From Acidimicrobiales bacterium (GTDB taxonomy: Bacteria; Actinomycetota; Acidimicrobiia; Acidimicrobiales; MedAcidi-G1): DNA of 24,000 bases. The stretch is taken from positions 149,212 to 173,211 of the forward strand of contig JBJLAO010000004.1 in NCBI GenBank assembly GCA_045568635.1, read 5' to 3'. Positions 1-7,230 of this stretch are shown in pieces (the stretch's first letter is position 1; every line of letters begins with the position of its first letter). A model generated the notes under the pieces. That model had not been told where the DNA came from. It saw nothing but the letters and a program-made list of their open reading frames with translations, and searched no databases. The position numbers and the translations under genes are program-made.

Positions 1-419
1 ATTCGATCTGGGGGTGCACTAACAGTAAGTGAAAACATATTCTGATCCACCATTCCGTCCGCTGCGGAAACTTCGCGTGCTTCACCAATCATTACTAATG
101 GAATGTCAACAATAACGTTCTTATTGGGATCAATTCTAAGAAAATCAACATGCATAACGTCACGTTTTACGGGGTGGCGTTGTATGTCCTTAACGATGGT
201 CATTTGTTTCTTTCCATCAATTTCCAATTGAATAATTGCATTTATCCCAGATTCTGTAGTTAACGCACGTCTCAAATCTGGCCAAGTTACAGACAAAGGT
301 ACTGATTTTTCATTAAGGCCGTATAAAACACCCGGAACAACACCATCTTTCCGTACGCGACGACTTGAACTACTACCCATTTCTCTCGTTGTATTTGCGG
401 TAAGAAGTATTTCTTCCAT
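1..419 (-). CDS. rplY: 50S ribosomal protein L25/Ctc (partial, C-terminus beyond left edge)
   Basis: Minus-strand reading frame runs off the window edge. ATG at 419 is preceded by GAGGA. Translation MEEILLTANTTREMGSSSSRRVRKDGVVPGVLYGLNEKSVPLSV... fits the L25/Ctc N-terminal signature (basic stretch then G-x-VP-x-V-x-YG). It lies directly downstream of prs, the usual actinobacterial prs-rplY order. It is absent from the ORF track because it is truncated. Confidence 0.85.
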   Translation of the reverse strand, partial: MEEILLTANTTREMGSSSSRRVRKDGVVPGVLYGLNEKSVPLSVTWPDLRRALTTESGINAIIQLEIDGKKQMTIVKDIQRHPVKRDVMHVDFLRIDPNKNVIVDIPLVMIGEAREVSAADGMVDQNMFSLTVSAPPDR

Positions 420-511
420 AAGATTTTCCTCAAATTGAAGTATTGCGACCCGACAGGCGAGTCTAACCAATGATTTCACGACCCAAACGGCTAAAACGGA
501 TCATTTGTTTT

Positions 512-1492
512 TTACACTAAATTATTTCCGCCAAATATCTCTGAGACCGAAGTATCTTCAAACACTGCTCTAATAGCCTCTGCGATCAAAGGAGCAACTG
601 AAAGCACTTCGACTTTATCGGTTTGCATATTCTCCGGCAGAGGAAGTGTGTCTGTAACAATAATTTTTTCTATTGGAGAAGCCGAAAGTCTTTCGGATGC
701 AGGTCCTGAAAAGACTCCGTGGGTGGCAGCTGCTACGATCTGTGACGCTCCTCTTTCAGATAGCTGCTCAGCCGCCGAACAGATTGTCCCAGCAGTATCT
801 ATCATGTCGTCTACGAGAATACACACGCGACCGTCGACGTCTCCGACGACTTCTCGAGCTTCTACAGTATTAAATGAACTGTGACTTCTTCTTTTGTGCA
901 CTATCGCTAGTTCTGCCCCCAAAGTCATAGCGTAACGTTCAGCTACTTTCACTCTTCCGGCATCAGGAGAGACAATAGTTAGATCGCCGTTTAAAGAAGA
1001 AAGTCTTTCAACCAAAACTGGCATAGCGGTAAGGTGGTCTACAGGACCATCAAAAAATCCCTGTGTTTGGCCCGAATGAAGGTCAACACTGACTAATCTG
1101 CTTGCTCCAGCTTCTTTGAAAAGATTGGCTACTAGTTTGGCTGTAATTGGTTCGCGACCTGAAGCTTTTCGGTCTTGTCGTCCATAGCCGTAAGCAGGGC
1201 AAACTACGGTAATTCTCTTCGCCGATGCCCGTCTTGCTGCATCAACCATAATCAATTGTTCCATTAAAGAATCATTAATTGAAGCATCGGCAGATCCACT
1301 GTGGGTTTGCACTATAAAGACATCACAACCTCGTATCGATTCAGAAAACCTGCAATGAACCTCACCATTAGCGAATTCTGCGAGGTTAGGTTCGCCCAGA
1401 TTAACGCTTAATTCTGAAGCAATACTTTCTGCTAACGGTTGGTAAGTTCTACCTGAGACCAAATAGAGTTTTTTGTTCGTTACCAATTCCAT
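512..1492 (-). CDS. prs: ribose-phosphate pyrophosphokinase (PRPP synthetase)
   Basis: 326-aa ORF with PRPP synthetase hallmarks: CDVFIVQT, CPAYGYGRQDRK, VDLHSGQ, and the PRPP-binding loop ILVDDMIDTAGT. Confidence 0.95.
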   Translation of the reverse strand: MELVTNKKLYLVSGRTYQPLAESIASELSVNLGEPNLAEFANGEVHCRFSESIRGCDVFIVQTHSGSADASINDSLMEQLIMVDAARRASAKRITVVCPAYGYGRQDRKASGREPITAKLVANLFKEAGASRLVSVDLHSGQTQGFFDGPVDHLTAMPVLVERLSSLNGDLTIVSPDAGRVKVAERYAMTLGAELAIVHKRRSHSSFNTVEAREVVGDVDGRVCILVDDMIDTAGTICSAAEQLSERGASQIVAAATHGVFSGPASERLSASPIEKIIVTDTLPLPENMQTDKVEVLSVAPLIAEAIRAVFEDTSVSEIFGGNNLV

Positions 1493-1569
1493 ACTGAACT
1501 TATACCTTCCATTTTTTGTATATAACGATCATAGATCATCACGATAAGGATTCTTTCTTAAAATAATTT

Positions 1570-2517
1570 TTAGCAAACATAAAATGGTTTAGGAGGAACT
1601 CTTACATCTATTTCTATTTCTGTACTTGTTTCTTGATTTTTATTGTTTAGCAAAGCGTCAGACTCTATTTCGATTTGACTAGGTGTCGTTGTGCAAGGTG
1701 TAGGTGGACTAACAGTAGTAGTAGGTGGAACAACAATAGTAGAAGTAGAAGTAGAAGTAGAAGTAGAAGTAGAAGTAGAAGTAGAAGTAGAAGTGGAAGT
1801 AGAAGTAGAAGTAGAAGTAGAAGTATTTTTAATTATTGCTTGTACTTCTGAAAAGCTCCCTGCACCGTTTGGGCTTATTCCATAAACTCTAAATTTGTAC
1901 TGATCACCTAAAGTCAAACCAGCGGATGTATAACTCGTCATCAAACCTAAGTCAGCAATAGTCGTGGGGCCAGTAAAAGTCAACTGGATGTTATCGTAAT
2001 ACCACTGTTCTAACCGATAACCCACCACAGGTGTGCCGTTTGCTAAGGGGGGCTCCCACTCTAATTTAACGTTCTGACTATCGACTTCGATCTGTAATCC
2101 TTGCGGAGCGAGTAGAGGACTGTATGGAGTGGATTGAATTGAGTCTGAAAAGGGTCCAAACCCTGAAGAATTTTTTGCTCTGACTCGAATTTCATAAACT
2201 TGACCATTTATTAAACCTCCTAAGCCAACTGCCGTGCCGGATCCTAAAAGAAAATAATTTTCATTTGTAGATCCTGTGTTAACTTGTATTTCCCACTCTG
2301 TGATCATCGACCCGCCGTTGCTTGCTGGGTGAGCCCAAGTAACTCGTATCTCATTTTCACCAGCCGTAGATTTTAAAAAACCTGGCTTACCTGGCGGAGT
2401 TATTTCTTGTGCATCTACTGGAAAAACAGTAAAAGAAATAAAAAGGAAAACTAAAGACGTTCCAAGAAGTCTTGCTGCTGTTTTTTTAAAACTTGTTTCC
2501 ATCATGCTTAACGACAT
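1570..2517 (-). CDS. secreted or N-terminally anchored protein with two fibronectin type III-like modules, a (Thr-Ser)14 linker and a Pro/Thr-rich tail
   Basis: 315-aa ORF. N-terminal basic-hydrophobic segment KKTAARLLGTSLVFLFISFTVFPVDA/QE looks like a signal peptide. Two FN3-like modules are present (IRVTWAHPASNGGSMITEWEIQ...YEIRVRAKNSSGFGPFS and VKLEWEPPLANGTPVVGYRLEQ...YKFRVYGISPNGAGSFS). These are followed by (TS)14 and a tail of about 55 aa ending PPKPFYVC. No LPXTG motif and no C-terminal TM helix. Confidence 0.8.
   Translation of the reverse strand: MSLSMMETSFKKTAARLLGTSLVFLFISFTVFPVDAQEITPPGKPGFLKSTAGENEIRVTWAHPASNGGSMITEWEIQVNTGSTNENYFLLGSGTAVGLGGLINGQVYEIRVRAKNSSGFGPFSDSIQSTPYSPLLAPQGLQIEVDSQNVKLEWEPPLANGTPVVGYRLEQWYYDNIQLTFTGPTTIADLGLMTSYTSAGLTLGDQYKFRVYGISPNGAGSFSEVQAIIKNTSTSTSTSTSTSTSTSTSTSTSTSTSTSTIVVPPTTTVSPPTPCTTTPSQIEIESDALLNNKNQETSTEIEIDVRVPPKPFYVC
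1741..1824 (-). repeat. hexanucleotide tandem repeat, 14 units (coding strand ACTTCT = Thr-Ser)
   Basis: Plus strand reads AGAAGT x9, GGAAGT x1 (1795-1800), AGAAGT x4. This was counted directly from the sequence. It lies inside the FN3 CDS and is in-frame. Confidence 0.95.
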
Positions 2518-2541
2518 AAAAGCTTGTCAATTAAAATACTG

Positions 2542-3765
2542 CTAATTGTTAATGACATTATTTTCTGGACCATAAGGAAAACCAGTGAAATTTTCATTTC
2601 CTTCTTCTGTGATGAGTAAAATATCGTGCTCTCTGTAACCCCCTGCTCCAGATTGGCTTTCCGGAATAGTGATCATGGGCTCCATCGAAATCACCATATT
2701 AGGCTCGAGAACTGTTTCGATATCTTCTCGAAGTTCCAAACCAGCTTCTCTTCCGAAATAATGTGACAAGACGCCAAAAGAATGCCCGTAACCGAAAGTT
2801 CTATACTTTAATAAATCGTGCTCCAAATATATTTCATTTAGCTGTTTTGCTATATCCCCGCATACAGCTCCTGGTTTTAACAATTCTTTCCCCGCATCAT
2901 GGACTTGACAGTTGATTTCCCAAAGACGAATATTTTCATCCGTTAACTCTTTGTAGAAAAGTGTTCTTTCCAAAGCTGTGTAGTAACCAGAAATCATTGG
3001 AAAACAATTTAAACTCAATATGTCACCCTTTTCGATTTCACGAGAAGTAACAGGGTTGTGCGCGCCATCGGTATTAATACCCGACTGAAACCATGTCCAA
3101 GTATCCATCAATTCTAGATGTGGAAAAGTACCAGCTATCTCGCTGACCATTGCCTGAGTTGAATGAAGAGCCACTTGGTATTCAGGCACTCCTTCGGAAA
3201 TGGCTTCTACACAGGCAGAACCCCCTATATCTGCTATTCGGGCTCCTTGCCGAATCAATTCGATCTCTTCATCCGACTTGATCATGCGTAGTTTCATGCA
3301 CTCCTGAGAAATGTCTATCCATTCAGATTTTGGCATTGAGTCTTTCAGTTTTTGCGCGAGGCTCAAATTTACGTGATCAAATTCGATACCAATTTTATTA
3401 GAGTCTCCAACTAACTCAATGACAGCCTTCGCGTAGTTATCTCTTCTCCAATCTGTGTAAACCAGATTCTCGCCATAAGTTCTTCGGTGCGGTTGACCAG
3501 CATCTATATTCGCCGAAATAGTGGTTGCCTTATTCTTGGTGACCACAAGGCCATATGGTCGACCGAAGGAGCAATAAAGAAAATCGCTGTAATAGTTGAT
3601 GTTGTGAATTGAAGTGAAAAGAACAGAATCTATTCCAACATCACTCATAACTGTTCTCAAGGAATCGAGACGGGTCCGCATTTCTTTTTCTGAGAAAGTA
3701 CCTACAACTTTCTCACCGTTAAGAATTTCTTTTAGATCTGGTAGATCAAATTTTTCATTTTTCAT
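2542..3765 (-). CDS. creatinase (creatine amidinohydrolase, M24-fold, non-metallo)
   Basis: Long blocks match what I recall of Pseudomonas putida creatinase: HNINYYSDFLYCSFGRPY, VYTDWRRDNY, RMIKS, IADIGG, VPEYQVALH, MDTWTWFQSGINTDGAHNPVT, GDILSLNCFPMISGYYTALERTLF, YRTFGYGHSFGVLSHYFGREAGLELRED, GAGGYREHDIL, FPYGPE. The start is set at ATG 3765 (MKNEKFDLPD...) because the longer track ORF (to 3813) would overlap the tRNA. Confidence 0.85.
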   Translation of the reverse strand: MKNEKFDLPDLKEILNGEKVVGTFSEKEMRTRLDSLRTVMSDVGIDSVLFTSIHNINYYSDFLYCSFGRPYGLVVTKNKATTISANIDAGQPHRRTYGENLVYTDWRRDNYAKAVIELVGDSNKIGIEFDHVNLSLAQKLKDSMPKSEWIDISQECMKLRMIKSDEEIELIRQGARIADIGGSACVEAISEGVPEYQVALHSTQAMVSEIAGTFPHLELMDTWTWFQSGINTDGAHNPVTSREIEKGDILSLNCFPMISGYYTALERTLFYKELTDENIRLWEINCQVHDAGKELLKPGAVCGDIAKQLNEIYLEHDLLKYRTFGYGHSFGVLSHYFGREAGLELREDIETVLEPNMVISMEPMITIPESQSGAGGYREHDILLITEEGNENFTGFPYGPENNVINN

Positions 3766-3783
3766 AACAGGCCTTACGCTGTT

Positions 3784-3859
3784 TGGCTGGCCGGGGAGGG
3801 CTCGAACCTCCAACCTCCTGGTCCAAAACCAGGCATTCTGCCAATTGAACTACCGGCCA
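3784..3859 (-). tRNA. tRNA-Gln (anticodon UUG), CCA encoded
   Basis: The reverse complement folds by hand into a 76-nt cloverleaf. Acceptor UGGCCGG/CCGGCCA, D-stem GUUC/GAAU, anticodon stem CCUGG/CCAGG with loop UU-UUG-GA, 5-nt variable loop, T-arm GGAGG-UUCGAGC-CCUCC, discriminator G, then CCA. The U1:A72 pair and G73 are typical of bacterial tRNA-Gln. Confidence 0.9.
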
Positions 3860-3932
3860 ATACTTATACCGTAGCGTCGTCTTTTGCCAGCAGGTCGGGA
3901 AATGTTGATAAGGCGGTTAACGTATCGTCGAC

Positions 3933-4031
3933 ATGGGTTCATTAATTAAAAAGCGCCGAAAAAGAATGCGCAAGAAAAAACATAGAAAAATGCTCAAAAG
4001 AACAAGGGCTCAAAGGATGAGGGGACGCTAG
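3933..4031 (+). CDS. 30S ribosomal protein bS22 (actinobacteria-type, 32 aa)
   Basis: Hand-translated as MGSLIKKRRKRMRKKKHRKMLKRTRAQRMRGR*. It closely resembles the mycobacterial bS22 peptide (MGSVIKKRRKRM.KKKHRKLL..TR.QR...). It is too short for the ORF track. Its stop TAG (4029-4031) overlaps the ispE stop on the other strand. Confidence 0.82.
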   Translation: MGSLIKKRRKRMRKKKHRKMLKRTRAQRMRGR

Positions 4032-4774
4032 TCTTCTGAGATTTGCTTTGGAATGCTAGACACAACGTGGAGCCCTTCTTTTGGAAAGGCTCCCTCGACG
4101 TACCATGTGCTCCCACTACCAGCTAAGCGGGGTTGCGCACCGGTGGTGTCACCAAGTAAATCTCTCCATTTGCCCAACTCTGGATACAAGCTCACAGCCG
4201 CGGGTTCGAGATCATTTCCGTGATCACCTTTTGGACCCCCTAAATAGTCCCAGTGTTCATAAACAGCTTTAGTGGAGCAAGAAAAAGGTGGTATCAAAAG
4301 AGTAAAGTCCTGTTTTTTGTAATTCATTTTTTTTATACTTTCCCCTATACCGCTCACAAGCGCTCTCCCACCCTCAAGGCAAAAAGGCACGTCAGCTCCT
4401 ATTTCTGCTGCGCATTTCAGATCTTTATACCTGCCCCATCGAAGAATTGCAGCGGCGTCAGATGAACCTCCTCCCAATCCAGTGCCGGGTGGAATTTTTT
4501 TATTTATACGAACTGCCGCTTCGCGTTCTATCAAGTTCAAAGCACTAGCTACAAGATTGTTACCGTCTTCAGGAATTACTGTTTCTTCAGGGAACTCCCA
4601 AGGCTGGTATGGGTAGTTAGTAAATACCTCTATTCTTCGGCCTTTTGTTATATCTAAGATGTCAGTTAGGTCAAGTGAAACCATCTCAGCTTTTATCAAG
4701 TGGTACCCATCAGCGCGCACTCCAACAATTTCCAGAGACAAAGTAAGTTTGGCCGGAGCCATAATTGAAACCAT
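4028..4774 (-). CDS. ispE: 4-diphosphocytidyl-2-C-methyl-D-erythritol kinase
   Basis: 248-aa ORF. N-terminus APAKLTLSLEIVG...DGYH and the GHMP kinase loop KIPPGTGLGGGSSDAAA are present. Its position after rsmA matches M. tuberculosis ksgA-ispE. The start ATG at 4774 overlaps the rsmA stop as TAATG; an alternative ATG lies at 4762 (MAPAKL). Confidence 0.9.
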   Translation of the reverse strand: MVSIMAPAKLTLSLEIVGVRADGYHLIKAEMVSLDLTDILDITKGRRIEVFTNYPYQPWEFPEETVIPEDGNNLVASALNLIEREAAVRINKKIPPGTGLGGGSSDAAAILRWGRYKDLKCAAEIGADVPFCLEGGRALVSGIGESIKKMNYKKQDFTLLIPPFSCSTKAVYEHWDYLGGPKGDHGNDLEPAAVSLYPELGKWRDLLGDTTGAQPRLAGSGSTWYVEGAFPKEGLHVVSSIPKQISED

Positions 4775-5613
4775 TAGCTTTTTTCTCGTTTTCTAACAAA
4801 TTTTTCCGTTAAAGAAATCCACTCTTCTAAGGTGATGTCTTCAGCTCTACTCGTCGGATCGATTCCGACAGATTCAAAATCATTTAATTCGAAAATATCT
4901 TTTAAAGACCTACGAAGCATTTTCCTTCTTTGGTTAAATGCTTGTTTTGCTAGTTCGAATAGTAATTCAGGGTTTGTAGAAATTGAATGTTTTTCCAGTC
5001 TTTTGATTTGGAGCAAAGAAGATTCGACTTTGGGCTTAGGAAGAAAAACACTCGAAGGCACATCAGCAATTTTTTTTACTTCGGCAAAGTATTGAACCTT
5101 CAAAGAAGGCAACCCGAAAGCTTTTTCTCCCGGTTTTGCAACTAGGCGTTCTGCTACTTCCCGTTGGACCATCACTGTCATCTTTGTGATCGCTGGAACT
5201 CTTTCAAGGAAGTCACATATTAAAGGTACAGAAATATTATAAGGGAGATTTGCAACTAATTTCCAGGTTTCATTTCTGGCAATGAGCAACTCGTTTAAAT
5301 CCAAATCCATAACGTCCGCATGTATGAGTCGAAATTTTTTATCTTCTGGTTCTAGTGAATCTTCAAGAATTTCAACTAGGGCGCTGTCAATTTCCACTGC
5401 AGTAACATGTCCGGCAACCTCTAATAAAGAAAGAGTCAAAGAACCTATCCCCGGTCCTATTTCAATAATAAAATCACTCGGTTTAATTGAAGAAAGTTCA
5501 ATTACTTGGCGAATAGTATTTGGCTCAATGACAAAGTTTTGACCTAGGGATTTTCGTGGACTGATACCGTACTTGTGCAGTAAGTCCATAGCTTGTGTTC
5601 GAGTGAGAGTCAC
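4774..5613 (-). CDS. rsmA: 16S rRNA (adenine1518/1519-N6)-dimethyltransferase
   Basis: 279-aa ORF with LGQNFV, the SAM-binding IIEIGPGIGSLT and the NLPYNIS motif. GTG start at 5613 lies 6 nt after the rpf stop; an alternative ATG lies at 5589. Confidence 0.92.
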   Translation of the reverse strand: MTLTRTQAMDLLHKYGISPRKSLGQNFVIEPNTIRQVIELSSIKPSDFIIEIGPGIGSLTLSLLEVAGHVTAVEIDSALVEILEDSLEPEDKKFRLIHADVMDLDLNELLIARNETWKLVANLPYNISVPLICDFLERVPAITKMTVMVQREVAERLVAKPGEKAFGLPSLKVQYFAEVKKIADVPSSVFLPKPKVESSLLQIKRLEKHSISTNPELLFELAKQAFNQRRKMLRRSLKDIFELNDFESVGIDPTSRAEDITLEEWISLTEKFVRKREKS

Positions 5614-5619
5614 TTTTTC

Positions 5620-6384
5620 CTACGGCAAGTACCGTCCACAAACAGGCCATTGCCCTCTCCCGCGCAATAGGTAAAGGGATTCTGCCATACGGTCTTGATC
5701 TTGAGGTTTTGCGGCAGCTGGGTCTACACCTACTAAATGCTCATGGTATAGACCGGCTATCCAGTTCCAAGTTTCTACACTGAACTGGTACGCACCCCTG
5801 TAGTTTCCTGTAGGGCTTATTGCTTGATAATTAAGTGTTGATTCACAATATTTTAACGCTTCCCATTGGTATTTTTCAGGGCCTTTTGGATCTGGTTTAT
5901 TTGCGGTGATCGTTGTAGTAGGTCCTGGAGTGTTGAGAACGGTCATGCGTCTCTGATCTTCTTCAGCGAACAGTCTTCTCCGCTCTTCTTCTTCGAAGAT
6001 AACTTTGAGCAGTTTCTCCCGCTCAGTGAATTCTTCTTCTGAAATCAAACGCGCTCTATCTATAGCCTCTTCTTCGTATTTAACGGCGACACCTCTTAAA
6101 CGATTTGCTGTCATTAATAAAGAACGTGCTGTATGCCAATCTTCAGATCTATCCAGCAACATATAAGTCTTCTCGTTATAGTCTTGTGATTTCGCCTGAT
6201 AAGAGTCTGTTTCCGAAAGTGATGGGTTCGATGTTGCAACAGCACGAGTATCGGCTCCCGCTACACCGGTCAAAGAAGCAGTTGAATTAGGGTTTTCAAA
6301 TAGGAAAAGGGGCAATGCAGCTATTGTCGCTAAAGCCACAACTACAATTCTCCACCTTTCAATACTGGGGTTTGTTTCCAGCAC
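5620..6384 (-). CDS. resuscitation-promoting-factor (Rpf)-like transglycosylase-domain protein, membrane-anchored
   Basis: 254-aa ORF. It has an N-terminal TM helix (WRIVVVALATIAALPLFLF) and a Glu/Arg-rich helical stretch (EEEFTEREKLLKVIFEEEERRRLFAEEDQRR). The C-terminal Rpf-type domain reads WEALKYCES...GNYRGAYQFSVETW...GQWPVCG, with the catalytic Glu and both Cys conserved. GTG start with a strong SD. Confidence 0.8.
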   Translation of the reverse strand: MLETNPSIERWRIVVVALATIAALPLFLFENPNSTASLTGVAGADTRAVATSNPSLSETDSYQAKSQDYNEKTYMLLDRSEDWHTARSLLMTANRLRGVAVKYEEEAIDRARLISEEEFTEREKLLKVIFEEEERRRLFAEEDQRRMTVLNTPGPTTTITANKPDPKGPEKYQWEALKYCESTLNYQAISPTGNYRGAYQFSVETWNWIAGLYHEHLVGVDPAAAKPQDQDRMAESLYLLRGRGQWPVCGRYLP

Positions 6385-6388
6385 CCTT

Positions 6389-6394
6389 CCTCCT
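6389..6394 (-). promoter_or_regulatory. Shine-Dalgarno AGGAGG for the rpf-like gene
   Basis: The minus strand reads TAGGAGGAAGG-GTG. A perfect AGGAGG lies 4 nt upstream of the GTG at 6384. Confidence 0.5.
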
Positions 6395-6480
6395 ATTGTC
6401 TGCTCTTTAAAAGCTCAAACATACGGTAGAAGCATCAAATAGAGAGCTACAAATCGGACATTCGAAGAAATAAATTTATC

Positions 6481-7230
6481 TTATTTTTCTCTTAATCCGT
6501 AAAAATCTAAGGCATTTTGTGTAGTGGCCAAGGCTATTTCTTCAGAAGATTTGCCCTGCAAATACGCAAGCTCTGTTCCTACTAAACCTACATTGGCAGG
6601 TTCATTTTTTTTACCTCTCAAAGGAGCGGGTGTTAAATATGGTGAGTCGGTTTCAATCATTGCCCGATCTATTGGGCATTCTGATGCAGCTTCTCTTAGG
6701 AGCTCAGATTTTTTGAACGTTATTATCCCACTAAAAGATAAGTAAGCGCCACGTTCTAAACATTCATTGGCTTCAGCTTTTCCTCCTGTGAAACAATGAA
6801 AAACAGTGGATTTAGGGACTCCTTCTGTATCAAGTATCGTGAAGGTCTCTTCCCATGCCTCTCTAGTATGTATAACTAGAGGGAGATTGAACCTATGCGC
6901 CATTTCGATTTGTTCGGTAAAAACTCTTTTTTGATCTTCTCTTGGAGAGTAATCGTAGTGATAGTCAAGCCCAGCTTCTCCAACGGCAACTACTTTCGAA
7001 TCTTCTAACAGGTCTTCAATACCTTCAATACCTTTTCGCGCTTCATGAGGATGAACTCCAGCGGTTGCCCATACATCTGGAAATATCTTTGCTTTTTCCA
7101 TGGCAGTATGGCTAGTTTCAAGATCTGTGCCTACGTTTATAAAACCTACAACTAGCGCTTCTCGTGCTCGAAGAATTTCTTCTTCAGAGTTTTCAGAAAG
7201 GTGACAATGATTGTCGAACCATTCAATCAT
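6481..7230 (-). CDS. tatD: TatD-family metal-dependent hydrolase/DNase
   Basis: 249-aa ORF with DNHCHL at the N-terminus, GEAGLDYHY, LPLVIHTREA, FHCFTG and ETDSPYL. The start overlaps the metG stop by 8 nt (ATGATTGA). Confidence 0.9.
   Translation of the reverse strand: MIEWFDNHCHLSENSEEEILRAREALVVGFINVGTDLETSHTAMEKAKIFPDVWATAGVHPHEARKGIEGIEDLLEDSKVVAVGEAGLDYHYDYSPREDQKRVFTEQIEMAHRFNLPLVIHTREAWEETFTILDTEGVPKSTVFHCFTGGKAEANECLERGAYLSFSGIITFKKSELLREAASECPIDRAMIETDSPYLTPAPLRGKKNEPANVGLVGTELAYLQGKSSEEIALATTQNALDFYGLREK

Noticed and set aside
470-520. 16-codon plus-strand mini-ORF (MISRPKRLKRIICFLH) in the prs-rplY spacer
   Set aside because: It lies on the strand opposite to the operon, has no SD, and shows no resemblance to known small proteins, unlike bS22 and bL37.
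1691-1885. Plus-strand ORF encoding (VE)n (MQGVGG...VEVEVEVE...)
   Set aside because: It is a shadow frame created by the hexanucleotide repeat on the opposite strand of the FN3 gene. It has no independent coding signal.
3766-3813. 16-codon N-terminal extension of the creatinase ORF (MEVRALPGQPNSVRPV) and the 3614-3874 plus-strand ORF
   Set aside because: Both overlap the well-folded tRNA-Gln at 3784-3859. The internal ATG at 3765 gives an N-terminus (MKNEKF...) of the length expected for creatinase.
1493-3859. tRNA-Gln-adjacent genomic island carrying the creatinase and FN3 genes
   Set aside because: No integrase or recombinase is present. I could find no direct repeat of the tRNA 3' end in the far boundary region (1493-1569), and there is no obvious compositional shift by eye. 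It is kept only as a lineage-specific insertion hypothesis, not as a mobile element.
6385-6480. Possible riboswitch (ydaO/c-di-AMP type or the reported mycobacterial rpfB leader element) upstream of the rpf-like gene
   Set aside because: The leader is only 96 nt and AT-rich. I see no extended conserved helices or pseudo-symmetric structure, only a weak AT palindrome (GCTCTTTAAAAGC). A covariance-model scan (Rfam ydaO-yuaA) would be the decisive test.
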